The notes: a model not told the origin generated them from the letters alone. DNA of 64,000 nucleotides from an uncultured delta proteobacterium (GCA_963789265.1 CAWBKB010000005.1:224001-288000), one strand, 5' to 3'. Positions 11,768-25,299 are shown, numbered from the stretch's first letter. Made by a program: numbers and translations.

Positions 11768-12435
11768 TCGTCTCGCTGATCCCGAATTCCATCGTCGTCT
11801 CTGCTTTGCTTTTGCCCTATTGCCATGAGGCTGTCGCACCAATCCACCCGGAACTCCTTGCAGACTGTCTTGACGACCCAGCGCTTGAAAGGGTTGGCAG
11901 TCAGAGGAAACTTGTTGAACCGGCTCATGCTTGTAACTACAAAGCCTGCGCAGCGCAGGAGGCTGTACAAGTCATTCATAGGCCAAGGGGTCACGTGGGT
12001 ACAATCCCACTGCCGCACAGGATGAGCAGCATTAGGGACAGTCGCGATGAACCAGCCGTTGTCCGACAAATGTCGAAGAATCTCTTGCACAATTCCGAAC
12101 GCGTCCTCCACAGGCAAATGTTCCAGCACTTGATCGGCCACCACAACGTCGAAGCACGCTTCTGACGGCACGTCGTCAAAAGATCTAAAGTCGAAAATCC
12201 CCTGTGGGTCAGTGTCCATGGAAAAGTAAGTTCCTGATGAGCGTTCGATGGTTGCTTGCAATGGCTTGTGTGCCCCGGCCCCCACGTCCAGTACTCGGCT
12301 CCCGGAATTCAAGAGCAAGACCAGTTCATCTACCGGGAATCGAATAGGCAGTTTTAGGACTGAGCCGAAGCGCTTGTGGCACTCGCTTCGCCATTGCATG
12401 AGACGGTTCCAGGAGCCGTGGAATGTTGTATTCAT
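11764..12435 (-). CDS. Class I SAM-dependent methyltransferase
   Basis: VLDVGAG, FDVVVADQVLEHL, ATVPN. Confidence 0.88.
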   Translation of the reverse strand: MNTTFHGSWNRLMQWRSECHKRFGSVLKLPIRFPVDELVLLLNSGSRVLDVGAGAHKPLQATIERSSGTYFSMDTDPQGIFDFRSFDDVPSEACFDVVVADQVLEHLPVEDAFGIVQEILRHLSDNGWFIATVPNAAHPVRQWDCTHVTPWPMNDLYSLLRCAGFVVTSMSRFNKFPLTANPFKRWVVKTVCKEFRVDWCDSLMAIGQKQSRDDDGIRDQRDE

Positions 12436-13709
12436 CGCTTATCCTGAACCGTTAAAGGTTGGCCGATCACGTCTCGATCGCCGGACTGCGTCTTGGATTC
12501 GAACGGAAAAAGCTCCCAATGGCAAGGTCCTGCCACGATGCCCCTGGCCCGGCGAGAGCCCATAACAGCAAAGCTCGCTACACCGGAAAGTCGTTCGGAG
12601 GCATCCGAGGCTGATGCGTCTCGTGCTGAAAAACGTACCTCGTAGGCTCCATTCATCAAATGGTTTTCCGGATACCATGCCCGTAGAATGCATGCACTGT
12701 ACGTTCCCGTTGCAGCGAGGTCTTCTCGTTCCAGCACGTCCCACTTGCATAAAATTCCTGCGGCATTCAGAATCCCTAGTGAAAACATAAGCCGCTTAAA
12801 TGGACGACTGATTCTTAATTTCACTTCGATTCCGAACGGGGCGCCCGCATGAATTTCGTTTAGAGTTCGGTCGTCCTCTCCGTATATGCGGCAGCTCCCG
12901 ATTTTTATATCTTCCGTGGCCGCCGGGTTCCGTGCCTGTTGTTCAAGCCGCTTCTGTTCGGACCGAAACACGAGTCTCTCGTACCCGGTGATCACCTCCA
13001 CTGAGGAGCCTGTAGCCAGGAGTTGTCCTTGTTCCAGCAGGATGCCGCGTCGGGCCACAAATTGCAGTGTTTCCAGGCTATGACTTACAAGTAGCACAGT
13101 AGCGCCGTTCTCCCGCATTTCTTTGATACGTGCAAGGCTTTTGTTTTGAAATTGGAGGTCCCCCACGGCGAACGTTTCGTCAATCAGAACCACATCGCTC
13201 TTTATGTTCACGGCAACTCCGAACCCGAGACGTCCGAGCATGCCGGTTGAATACATTCTGACCGGCTTGTCGAACCAGCTACCCAGTTCGGTGAAGTCCT
13301 CGATGCCGGCCAATCTGGATTCGATTTCTTTCCGCGACAACCCCATGACTGCGCCCAACAGACGCACGTTTTCGCGGCCGGTCAATTCCATGTGCAATCC
13401 CACGTTCAGCTCTATCATTGGGAAGATTCTACCGAGGATCTCAACTCTGCCCCTGGTGGGGGCCGTCACACCGGCTAACACCTTGAGAAGAGTGCTTTTG
13501 CCTGCGCCGTTGCGGCCCACTATTCCGATAGTCTCGCCTCTCCGAATCTCGAGGTTGACATCTCTAAGCGCCCAGGGCTCGTTATGCCCGTTGACGGATT
13601 CGAAATGCCCGTGTCTGACCAGGTTCCATCCCTTTCGGAGAGCGGCCGGCACTGGTAGCCCGTAACGTTTCCAGAGGCCGTCAATTTTTATGACTATCTC
13701 CCCGGACAT
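12432..13709 (-). CDS. wzt: Polysaccharide ABC exporter ATPase with C-terminal carbohydrate-binding domain
   Basis: GRNGAGKST, YSTGMLGRLGF, LIDE, VSH; about 170-aa C-terminal extension. Confidence 0.92.
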   Translation of the reverse strand: MSGEIVIKIDGLWKRYGLPVPAALRKGWNLVRHGHFESVNGHNEPWALRDVNLEIRRGETIGIVGRNGAGKSTLLKVLAGVTAPTRGRVEILGRIFPMIELNVGLHMELTGRENVRLLGAVMGLSRKEIESRLAGIEDFTELGSWFDKPVRMYSTGMLGRLGFGVAVNIKSDVVLIDETFAVGDLQFQNKSLARIKEMRENGATVLLVSHSLETLQFVARRGILLEQGQLLATGSSVEVITGYERLVFRSEQKRLEQQARNPAATEDIKIGSCRIYGEDDRTLNEIHAGAPFGIEVKLRISRPFKRLMFSLGILNAAGILCKWDVLEREDLAATGTYSACILRAWYPENHLMNGAYEVRFSARDASASDASERLSGVASFAVMGSRRARGIVAGPCHWELFPFESKTQSGDRDVIGQPLTVQDKR

Positions 13710-13716
13710 GGGCACC

Positions 13717-14520
13717 TCACAAAACATCCGCAAAATATCCGGAAAGCCTGCGAAAAAGCGGCCAGGAAATGGCGAGAAGAACTACTGTGACTACAGTCGA
13801 GATTGCTAAGGCTTGGACGGGTGGGGCCTCGGCTTTAAGCAAGACATTGCGAAAGCCCTCGATCACGCCGACCATAGGATTAAGCATGTAGAGGGAGCGC
13901 CATTTTTCCGGGACGGTGCTGAGAGGGTAGATTACCGGAGTCACAAACAGCCATGCCTGTGTGAGAAACGGGGTCGCAAAAATAAAATCCTTTCTGAATG
14001 TACCCAAACCGGCAAGGAGTATTCCCACCCCGAATGAAACTGCAACCATCAGAACTGTTAAGATCGGCAGCCACAATAGTGCCCAACCCACCTGAACCCT
14101 GAACCAAATCATCATTCCTGCCATCACTATTCCCGACATGCAGAAATCAAAGAGCGTGGCGGTAACGGCTGCCAGAGGGAAGACTTCTCTGGGAAGAGCG
14201 ATCTTCTTTATGACTTCGCCGTTGGTGATTATGCTCGGGCCGCAAGCGGTCACGGAATTGGTGAAGAAGGTCCACGGGACCAGGGCGGAGTAGCTGAAGA
14301 GCACATACGGAATGCCGTCGCTTGGGATGTTGACGAAGCCACGCAACATGTTGAATAGCAACATCAATATCATCGGCTGAAGGAATGCCCACCACATTCC
14401 CAGGGCGGAACGCCTGTACCGGCTGGTTACATCCCTAACGACCAGCGCCTGCAAAAGGGTTGCGAAACGGGAGATCCTTTGCCCTTTGGGAGCCGCATTG
14501 ATATAAACTCCAACACTCAT
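13717..14520 (-). CDS. wzm: Polysaccharide ABC exporter permease
   Basis: RYRRSALGMWWAFLQP, TPVIYP, LNPMVGVIEGFR. Confidence 0.93.
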   Translation of the reverse strand: MSVGVYINAAPKGQRISRFATLLQALVVRDVTSRYRRSALGMWWAFLQPMILMLLFNMLRGFVNIPSDGIPYVLFSYSALVPWTFFTNSVTACGPSIITNGEVIKKIALPREVFPLAAVTATLFDFCMSGIVMAGMMIWFRVQVGWALLWLPILTVLMVAVSFGVGILLAGLGTFRKDFIFATPFLTQAWLFVTPVIYPLSTVPEKWRSLYMLNPMVGVIEGFRNVLLKAEAPPVQALAISTVVTVVLLAISWPLFRRLSGYFADVL

Positions 14521-14927
14521 GAACCCAACCGTGCCTAATTCCTAATTTTAACAGCGAATGTCGGCCATCGAAGCACCCGGACGCGACAGGAGGCATCCCT
14601 CACACGCGGCTCCCATGGATCGCAACCCGATCCGAACCCTGGTAATCTTCTGACCGCCTCTCCAGAGTGCAAACTCTCAAACAATGCTCGCATCCTCGGC
14701 AGCCTGATAAACGAACCCAGCTCTCGCTGCAATGCTGGTGGATTCTCGGGAATAGTCTTGTGTTTGTCAAGGGTCGGACTGCCATGCTCCAGCGAGGTCA
14801 GTCCACACCGGCCACAGCAGTTTAGACAAAAGACTATTGCTATGAGGCAGCATCGTGGTAATCTTCACCCCGTAATTTGTAGACTAGCTTAAGGCAAATT
14901 TTGAGACGGTGTTGAAAGGAATTTTTC

Positions 14928-16445
14928 ATGGCCGCCCAACGATCTGCGTTGCTGATTTCTCTAATTGACACTACGGACAATCTTGGGCTTAAATACGTAC
15001 ATTCAGCCCTCATCAAGCAGGGATTCAGATCTCTGATCCTATTTCACACCGCTGAAGATACCTCCTATTTCAATGCCGTCGCGGATTTCGTAAAGGAAAG
15101 CAAAGTCGATGCGGTCGGCATCAGCCTCATGAGCCGTTTCTTCTACACCGCGGTCGGGTTGACTGATGCCATCAGGAACAGGTGTGGCGACAGCGTTTCC
15201 GTTGCATGGGGAGGAATCCACCCGACTATCGATCCCAAGGGGTGCGAAGGTCACGCGGATTATGTTTGCGTTGGGGAAGGTGAGGAATTGTTCGGGGAAT
15301 TTCTCAGAGGCTTAGACGCCAAAAGCTTATCCGAACGAACCTCAGCGACAGGCGCAAGTACTATCAGCCAGTCTTCAGCGAGCCCTGTGGTCGAAGATTT
15401 GGATGCCTTGCCTTTCCCGGAATTCTTGCCCGCGGATGCATGGGTAACTGACAGGGGGCGAATAGCCAAACTGACTCACGCGCTTGTGAGGAAGCACAAC
15501 CGGCACAACACGGCGTACCTGTCGGTGATGACCTCTCGAGGCTGCCCTTTTAGCTGCAGTTACTGCTGTAATAACCTGCTTCACGCCATATATGGCAAGA
15601 AGATACGAAAGAGGAGCCCAGAGAGTGTAATCCAAGAGATTGAAATGAATTTAAGTCGCTCCGACATAAGTTTTCGCTACCTCAATGTCTACGACGACTG
15701 CTTTACAGCGCATTCTCCCGAGTGGTTGGAAACTTTCGTTAATAGTTACAAGCATATAGGTATCCCACTAATTTTTAGAGCTATTCCTCAATTCATCACG
15801 AGGGAGAAAATCGCGATTTTGAAAGATGCCCCTTGCGGATTCGCACTGATTGGTCTTCAGAGCGGCAGCGAGCGGACGCTGCGAGACGTGTACCAGAGGA
15901 AGCATTCTCAAAAGTCTTTTGTGCAATGCTCGCAGCTACTTGATGAGCACAGCATTCCGACTGTCTACGATGTCATCGTGGACAATCCTTATGAGACGAC
16001 AGCCGACATCAAAGAAACGGCCAAAGTGATCGCAGGGTTGCCCAGCACAGCTTATGTGTCTCTAGCTTCCCTCACTTTTTACAAGTACACGGCCATGTAC
16101 GACAAAGCGAAAGCAGACGGCTTTTCTGTTGACAACCATCTGATCAAAAACCAGGACTCCTGGAACAAATCCAGCAAGGAGGTTCAGGCAATAAAATTCG
16201 CAGTTTTCCTGGGCGAAGAAAAAGCCATGAAGGTGCTCAACGGAGCAACCTCATTCGAGAGAATTCAGTTTAAGCTTCTCAGTGTGCTTGTTGCGAAGTT
16301 CTTGGAACCTCTGCGATATTTGAAACTCATGTACTTGTCGTACGGCAGAAATAAAATCGCGTTTATGGGCCTCTTGTTAGTTCATGCAAGAGATTTCGGG
16401 AAAAGGTACTTCTCGCTCGCTCAGACGAATAGGCATGTGCACTGA
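14928..16445 (+). CDS. B12-binding domain radical SAM protein
   Basis: N-terminal cobalamin-binding domain (WGGIHPT, VGEGE); TSRGCPFSCSYC; GLQSGSER. Confidence 0.88.
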   Translation: MAAQRSALLISLIDTTDNLGLKYVHSALIKQGFRSLILFHTAEDTSYFNAVADFVKESKVDAVGISLMSRFFYTAVGLTDAIRNRCGDSVSVAWGGIHPTIDPKGCEGHADYVCVGEGEELFGEFLRGLDAKSLSERTSATGASTISQSSASPVVEDLDALPFPEFLPADAWVTDRGRIAKLTHALVRKHNRHNTAYLSVMTSRGCPFSCSYCCNNLLHAIYGKKIRKRSPESVIQEIEMNLSRSDISFRYLNVYDDCFTAHSPEWLETFVNSYKHIGIPLIFRAIPQFITREKIAILKDAPCGFALIGLQSGSERTLRDVYQRKHSQKSFVQCSQLLDEHSIPTVYDVIVDNPYETTADIKETAKVIAGLPSTAYVSLASLTFYKYTAMYDKAKADGFSVDNHLIKNQDSWNKSSKEVQAIKFAVFLGEEKAMKVLNGATSFERIQFKLLSVLVAKFLEPLRYLKLMYLSYGRNKIAFMGLLLVHARDFGKRYFSLAQTNRHVH

Positions 16446-16552
16446 CCCGGCACGGTGTTCGGGCCGGCAACGCCAGGGGCTTGGAATCTTCGGGAAAGCA
16501 GTGAAATTGACTGAAGCATCAAGGGCAACAAGCGGTCATTAGCCTGAATCCT

Positions 16553-16966
16553 ATGACGAGGGTGAGCATTGTGTCGCCTAAGTTACCGGAAAAAAATGTC
16601 GGCCGACTGGATCGGATCATTGCCGAGGCTCGGCGGAATCGAGATCGGCGGGAGGCTGACTATCGAGGTCGCGCCCTCAAGATTTTCTCCCACATCTGTG
16701 CGCGGTGCGGCCGTGAATTCGTGGGGAAGAGACTAAGCGAACTGACAGTTCATCACAAAGATCACAACCACGAGAACAATCCCCCTGACGGCAGCAACTG
16801 GGAACTGCTCTGTCTCCAATGCCATGACAAAGAGCACGCGCGGTATCTGGAGGATGATCCGGCAGAAGAGTGGGATGAGAAGGAGACGCCTGGAAGCGAG
16901 AAAGAGCCATCTTCGGCTTACAGGCCGTTCGCAAGCCTGGGAGACCTACTGAATAACAAGAAATGA
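16553..16966 (+). CDS. yajD: YajD-family HNH nuclease
   Basis: CARCGREF, LTVHHKDHNHENNPPDGSNWELLCLQCHDKEH. Confidence 0.85.
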   Translation: MTRVSIVSPKLPEKNVGRLDRIIAEARRNRDRREADYRGRALKIFSHICARCGREFVGKRLSELTVHHKDHNHENNPPDGSNWELLCLQCHDKEHARYLEDDPAEEWDEKETPGSEKEPSSAYRPFASLGDLLNNKK

Positions 16967-17065
16967 TCCGATTTCACAATGCGGACACGTCCGTAGCAGA
17001 TTAACTCACCCGCAACACCATTCCCTGACGCGCTCAAACACAGTTGCGTGGTCAGCGCGTCGCTT

Positions 17066-17548
17066 TCAGCCCCCCAACTTCTTGCAGAGTTCAGAGACCC
17101 TGGCTCCAAGTTTGCGAGCAGTGTCGGCGGCTTTATCGTCGGGCGCGGCGACAGACGCGGCACCGTAGTGTCCGGTTGCCGATAAGGGATCACCGACCAC
17201 AATCATTCCGAAAATGAGAAAGCATTGAAGGATAGAGATGAGCGTTGTTTCATTGCCGCCCGCCCAGAAACCGGAACTGACAAAGGCCGCTCCGACTTTA
17301 TTCTCCATTTGTTTTCGCACGCCGACGAATTCGTCAAAGACTCGTTTCAAATCTGCGGCCATAACCCCGAAGTAAACCGGCGACCCTGCTATTATTCCAG
17401 CCGCGTTAATAAAGTCTTCTTTTGAAACTTCCTGGGTAGTTTTCAAAACAGCATCCACTCCCGACACGGATTGAACGCCTTCGGCCACGTATTGGGCCAG
17501 CTTCCGCGTATTACCGGTTTTGGAATAAAAGAGAACTAGCACGTGCAT
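17066..17548 (-). CDS. WrbA-like flavodoxin / NAD(P)H-dependent oxidoreductase
   Basis: YSKTGNTRKLA, GSPVYFG, KVGAAF, GGNETT. Confidence 0.88.
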   Translation of the reverse strand: MHVLVLFYSKTGNTRKLAQYVAEGVQSVSGVDAVLKTTQEVSKEDFINAAGIIAGSPVYFGVMAADLKRVFDEFVGVRKQMENKVGAAFVSSGFWAGGNETTLISILQCFLIFGMIVVGDPLSATGHYGAASVAAPDDKAADTARKLGARVSELCKKLGG

Positions 17549-17671
17549 GCTCCATCACCTCCGGCAAGTTTTGAGGCACCATTAACCAAGAGGAATCTCT
17601 TGGCAACCCTGACATACAACTATTCTCAAAGTATAAGAAGGTAGCGTAAGTAGACGCGCCGTGCCTCATAC

Positions 17672-17962
17672 TTAAGCCTTTGGCCTGTTAGTGCCCACCG
17701 CACATGCCTCGCCGCATGAAGTGCCCCACTCGGAATCCCAGTGGAAGCTGCTCATACAATTGTAATAGCACTGCGCCGCCGCTGCGGCCGGTGGGCCCGA
17801 ACCCGACAGAGAGTAAGCGCTGCCGGCTTTGAGTGCCTTCAGCGACTGACCTACGCTCATTTTCGTATCCCTAATAGCGGCCAAGAGAATTGCTGCAAAA
17901 AGGCCGCCGATGGCTAACGCCATTCCGAGAATTGACCATTGGAATATTATATCGGCGTTCAT
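17672..17962 (-). CDS. Small membrane-anchored hypothetical protein with paired CxxxC motifs
   Basis: N-terminal TM helix; CYYNC...CGEAC; GGGGTG upstream of the start. Confidence 0.6.
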   Translation of the reverse strand: MNADIIFQWSILGMALAIGGLFAAILLAAIRDTKMSVGQSLKALKAGSAYSLSGSGPPAAAAAQCYYNCMSSFHWDSEWGTSCGEACAVGTNRPKA

Positions 17963-18479
17963 TTGTCACCCCGTTAGTCGACTTGTTACATTGGGAGCCA
18001 ATTAAACTCCTTTGGTTGAGTAGATGCGCAGAAGGTTAAAAAAGATTCAGCGATGGGAGTCGTCAAACATTGATGATTCATAAAGCCCCTTGATAGGAAT
18101 TGCCAAATTTGTGGCCGATTTGTCCAGGGTTTCGCGGGGTAACCCCTGGCTGCGAACCAGGAGCCGATCTGTCACCCGTTTGGATGGACCGCGTGTCCGA
18201 AATCATGGTGGCAAACCTGTCAGGTTGACCACCCAGGGGGCTATTCTCAATTGCCGTCGCTCAGTTAAAGAACGGTCCGCGGACAGTCGCAGAACTTGAC
18301 GGGAGGCGGCCTGTTTCATTAGGATCGCAGAATCGAAAGAGCACCGCGAATTCCCGCCCGGCAAAAAATAGCCGGGACTTGCGCCCCATTGGAAAAGGGG
18401 TAATTTAAATTGGCGTTGCAGGAACCGGCCGCACAACTATTTCCTACCCTGATGAAGATTCGGGCATAGCGAGACTGCC

Positions 18480-18875
18480 ATGGTTCATAAACAAAGAAAA
18501 AGATTGGTTTTGTTGACCTGGCTACTGCTGACCATCCCTTTGTCCGCACTTGGACAGGCCCCGTATAGCGGCCAACCTCCTCAGCCCCAGCCTGCGGTCC
18601 CTCAAGGCCAGGTCCCGGGTGTTCAGCAACAACCCTCGGAATATGCTTTCCGACCCGATCTCACTAATCCTGAGTTTGGTCAGTGTCTAAATCTGGAGAA
18701 GACTTGGCGGGCCTTGTGGCAGAGATATGCCCAAGGGTATCAGCAGGCTTCTATGATGAATCCCAGTGACCCACGATACGGTCAGATGACCTATTACCTT
18801 CAGAACCTGAGGCAGCAACTGGATGCCGCGTGGCAGAATTTCAGAAAATGCATTTACTTTCCCCGCCATCGATGA
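18480..18875 (+). CDS. Secreted Gln/Pro-rich hypothetical protein
   Basis: Signal peptide, QP-rich linker, helical segment bounded by two Cys. Confidence 0.65.
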   Translation: MVHKQRKRLVLLTWLLLTIPLSALGQAPYSGQPPQPQPAVPQGQVPGVQQQPSEYAFRPDLTNPEFGQCLNLEKTWRALWQRYAQGYQQASMMNPSDPRYGQMTYYLQNLRQQLDAAWQNFRKCIYFPRHR

Positions 18876-18909
18876 TCGGGACTTCAGGCACGCCCGGGCA
18901 AAGGAGACT

Positions 18910-20015
18910 ATGTCAAAACAGGAAACCGCTACTAGATCAAGCATCACAGGCCCGATCAACCAAATTGAAACGGGCGGTGGAATCAATGGGATAGTTTCCG
19001 CCCGTCTTATTCGTTCCGTACTGCTCTTTGCTGTGGCCGGCATAATTCTCTATGCGGCTGCCACATTGGCGACGGACTACAAAGCTATTGTCACATCGCT
19101 CCGGCAGTTTCCTATCCGGACATTGCTTCTCGTTCTTGTGTTGGTGGTCTTCGGATGGCTGCTGCGGGGTTGGCGATTCTATTATTATCTCCGGCGGATC
19201 GGCAAAAGTGTCCCTTTGACGTACTCGCTTAAGGCTTTTCTTGCCGGATTCGCCTTGACGGGGACCCCGGCCAAGGTCGGCGAAGCGGTAAAGGGTGTTT
19301 TTCTCAAGGAGGATTACGGCATCTCGGTCACTCGAGTTGTTGGTATCGTAATGGTGGAGCGCCTCATGGATTTGTGGGGAGTGCTACTTCTCGGTTCATT
19401 CTCTTTGCTGCTGTTCAGCCATTGGCGATCCCTCTTCCTCCTGTGCACGGGAATCGTTATAGCAGGTGGCATCTTTATCTGTATGGAACGCGTGTATCGG
19501 CCGATTTTGGAATGGATAGGCAAGTTCTCGCTTCTGTCTTGGTTTTCGGCCAAAATCCTTAAAATCCTGCTAACCGGCCGCGATCTGATGACCCCGAGGA
19601 TTTTTCTGGTGGGACTAGTAGTTTCAACAGTTGCATGGGGCATGGAATCCTTGTCAATGTACTTGATACTCGCAGGCTTGCACCTTCCCTCTTCCCTTTT
19701 AGAAGCAAATTTTGTCTATTGTTTTTCGACTATCGTGGGCGCTCTGTCCATGCTACCCGGTGGAATCGGCGGCACTGAGGCCGGCATGATGGGGTTGCTC
19801 GGTTTTATGGGCATCTCCTACACCAAGGGTCTGCCCGCTGTTATTCTTATTCGACTGTGTACGCTTTGGTTGGCCGTTTTGGTGGGCATCGGGTTTATTA
19901 TCTTCATGTTGACTCGCTCCCGAAATAAGTTGAGGCATCCAGCGGGACACGGCCATCCCTTGCCCGAACCGGGGCTATGTAGTTCCGGACAATCCTTTGA
20001 TAAGGAGTTAAGTGC

Positions 20016-20019
<4 letters not shown>
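18910..20019 (+). CDS. Lysylphosphatidylglycerol synthase TM (flippase-like) membrane protein
   Basis: TPAKVGEAVK, VERLMDL, LPGGIGGTEA; AAGGAG RBS. Confidence 0.82.
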
Positions 20020-22656
<2,637 letters not shown>

Positions 22657-22672
22657 TGAGGAGTTTCAATAA

Positions 22673-24277
22673 ATGACCCAGAGCCTACAGTGGCGAATAA
22701 TTATGATTGGAGTAATTCTGGCGGTATCCGCGTTCCTGGTCTATCCGTCGCTGGGTCCGGTACCCCCCTTCTGGGCAAAATACCTTCCGGATAACCCTGT
22801 ACGTCTTGGTCTTGACCTACAGGGGGGTCTTTATCTTGTCCTCGAGGTTGAGGCTGACAAAGCTGTTGAGGCGCTTGTGGATCAGAGCATCTCAGAGGCC
22901 TCAGCCGTGATGAAGAACGAAAAGATACATTATAGGGACATAAAGCGAACATCCTCCACTTCGATGGCTGTTTATCTCAAGGATGCGGACCAGGAAGGAC
23001 TCTTCGACGAGAAGATCCTGGATAAACTCCAGAATTTTAAAAAAGGCCCCACGGAGCAGACTGAGAAAGGGTTTGAAGTTCAGCTTCAAATGGACCAGAA
23101 GACCGCGGCAAGCATCAAGCAAAGGGCCGTCAGACAAGCCGTAGATACCATTCGGAACCGCGTAGACCAGTTCGGGGTCGCGGAACCGGACGTCGTGGGC
23201 GAAGGCACGGACAGGATCGTCGTCCAGTTGCCGGGGCTCAAGAAAGATATAAACCGCGCAATCGACATCATTAAGAAGACCGCGCGTCTGGAATTCAAGC
23301 TAGTAGATGAGCAGGGGGATCTGAATGCCGCCCTGAAGGGCGATGTTCCGGATGGCGATGAAGTTCTCTATCAAGTGGAACGCAATCCGCGTACCGGATC
23401 TACGAGCCGGAAGCCTTATCTCGTAAAGAAACAGATCCTCATGACCGGGGACTCTATCACTGATGCCAAAGTTCAGCCCGGGCGGATGGGCGGAATGATC
23501 GTTCACATGGATTTCAATTCGACCGGAGCAACTCAGTTCGAGAGAATAACCGGCGATCACATCCGTGAACGGCTGGCCATTATCCTTGATAACCGGGTCT
23601 ATTCAGCGCCGGTGATCAAGGATCGGATATCCGGTGGGTCGGCAATAATAGAAGGCACCTTTAGTCCGCAAGAAGCCAGTGATCTGGCCTTGGTGCTACG
23701 GGCAGGTTCGTTGCCCGCGCCGGTGAAAATCTTGGAAAACCGTACAGTGGGGCCATCGCTTGGTGAGGATTCCATCCGTCTTGGACGAAACGCAATATTG
23801 CTAGGCATAATCCTGATCGCAATCGGCATGGCCCTTTATTACAAGTGGTCGGGACTGGTGGCCGATGTGGCCCTCATTTCCAACCTTCTTCTCATCATGG
23901 CAGTCATGGTTTCGCCGGGCTTGCGCGCAACTTTGACCTTACCCGGGCTTGCCGGAGTCGCGCTGACCATTGGTATGGCAATCGATGCAAACGTCCTTAT
24001 ATTCGAGAGGATACGAGAAGAACTGCGAGCGGGAAAGTCGCCCAAGGCAGCCCTGGACAGTGGTTACACCAAGGCGTTTATGACGATTCTGGATACGCAC
24101 GTTACGAACATTCTGGCCGCACTTCCCTTGATACAATTCGGCACAGGGCCTATCAAAGGGTTTGCGGTCACCTTGTGCATAGGGCTTGTGATTTCCTTGT
24201 TTACCGCCTTCTTCATAACGCGTACGATTTTTGATTACGCGTTCCAGGTCATGCGGATAAAGAGCATAAGTATCTAA
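22673..24277 (+). CDS. secD: Protein translocase subunit SecD
   Basis: LGLDLQGG, IRNRVDQFGVAEP, LRAGSLPAP, IGMAIDANVLIFERIREE. Confidence 0.97.
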   Translation: MTQSLQWRIIMIGVILAVSAFLVYPSLGPVPPFWAKYLPDNPVRLGLDLQGGLYLVLEVEADKAVEALVDQSISEASAVMKNEKIHYRDIKRTSSTSMAVYLKDADQEGLFDEKILDKLQNFKKGPTEQTEKGFEVQLQMDQKTAASIKQRAVRQAVDTIRNRVDQFGVAEPDVVGEGTDRIVVQLPGLKKDINRAIDIIKKTARLEFKLVDEQGDLNAALKGDVPDGDEVLYQVERNPRTGSTSRKPYLVKKQILMTGDSITDAKVQPGRMGGMIVHMDFNSTGATQFERITGDHIRERLAIILDNRVYSAPVIKDRISGGSAIIEGTFSPQEASDLALVLRAGSLPAPVKILENRTVGPSLGEDSIRLGRNAILLGIILIAIGMALYYKWSGLVADVALISNLLLIMAVMVSPGLRATLTLPGLAGVALTIGMAIDANVLIFERIREELRAGKSPKAALDSGYTKAFMTILDTHVTNILAALPLIQFGTGPIKGFAVTLCIGLVISLFTAFFITRTIFDYAFQVMRIKSISI

Positions 24278-24364
24278 TCGGCGAAGGACCTCAGAAATCC
24301 CACCCGCCGTTGGAATGAAGAGTTCTTTCTTAACGTCCCTGCAACTTTCGGAAGGATTGAACAG

Positions 24365-25273
24365 TTGGAGATTATAAAACCGAATACCAACATTAATTTT
24401 TTGGGCAACAGGCACTATGCCTACGCGTTCACTACGATCATGATCCTCCTGTCCCTGGCCTCCATTCCTGTCGTAGGGTATATGAAGCTCGGGGTCGACT
24501 TCACGGGCGGAGCCGTGGTTCAGGTGAAATTCAACAAGCCTGTGCACACAGATCAAGTGAGAGCAGCACTCAAACCACTGGGAACGAATCTGGTGGTTCA
24601 GAAGTTTTCAATGGCATCCGGTGAGGAATTTGTGATCCGCATGGAGCAGCGCGGTGAGGCTTCCGAAAAGTTAGCTCAGCAAGTGAAAGACCTTTTGGAC
24701 GGTAAAATCGGCAAGGGCAGCACCGAAATACGCAGCATGGAAGTGGTGGGCCCCAAAGTGGGGAAGGATCTTCAACAGTCCGCAATCTGGGCCACTGTCA
24801 TAGCTCTCAGCCTTCTCCTCATTTACATGGCCTTCCGCTTCACATTCACAATGGGATTGGGTGCTATTGTTTGTTTAATACACGATTTGTGCATAGTGTA
24901 CGGATTCTTTGCTTGGACGGGAAAAGAGTTCAATCTGACGATCCTTGCGGCCATGCTCACTATCATCGGATATGACATTAATGACACGATAGTCGTCTGC
25001 GATAGAACACGGGACAACTTGAAGCTGATGAAGAAGCGATCGCTCATCGACATCTTCAACGCGTCCATCAATCAGACGCTTTCAAGGACCGTGCTCACCA
25101 GTGGTTTCACTATGCTTTCGGTCGTCGCCTTCTTGATTTTCGAGACCACTGCGCTAAAAGATTTCGCGTGGGCGCTCATTGTCGGAATCATATTTGGAAC
25201 CTATTCCTCGATCTTTGTCGCCTCTCCCTTAGTTTTGGAGTTGGACAGGTTCTTGCCTGTAAAACGGGGGTGA
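24365..25273 (+). CDS. secF: Protein translocase subunit SecF
   Basis: LGVDFTGG, VGPKVG, IGYDINDTIVV, NQTLSRT, GTYSSIFVASP. Confidence 0.96.
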   Translation: MEIIKPNTNINFLGNRHYAYAFTTIMILLSLASIPVVGYMKLGVDFTGGAVVQVKFNKPVHTDQVRAALKPLGTNLVVQKFSMASGEEFVIRMEQRGEASEKLAQQVKDLLDGKIGKGSTEIRSMEVVGPKVGKDLQQSAIWATVIALSLLLIYMAFRFTFTMGLGAIVCLIHDLCIVYGFFAWTGKEFNLTILAAMLTIIGYDINDTIVVCDRTRDNLKLMKKRSLIDIFNASINQTLSRTVLTSGFTMLSVVAFLIFETTALKDFAWALIVGIIFGTYSSIFVASPLVLELDRFLPVKRG

Positions 25274-25299
25274 CGTATAACGCCTAGCGACCCTTCATA

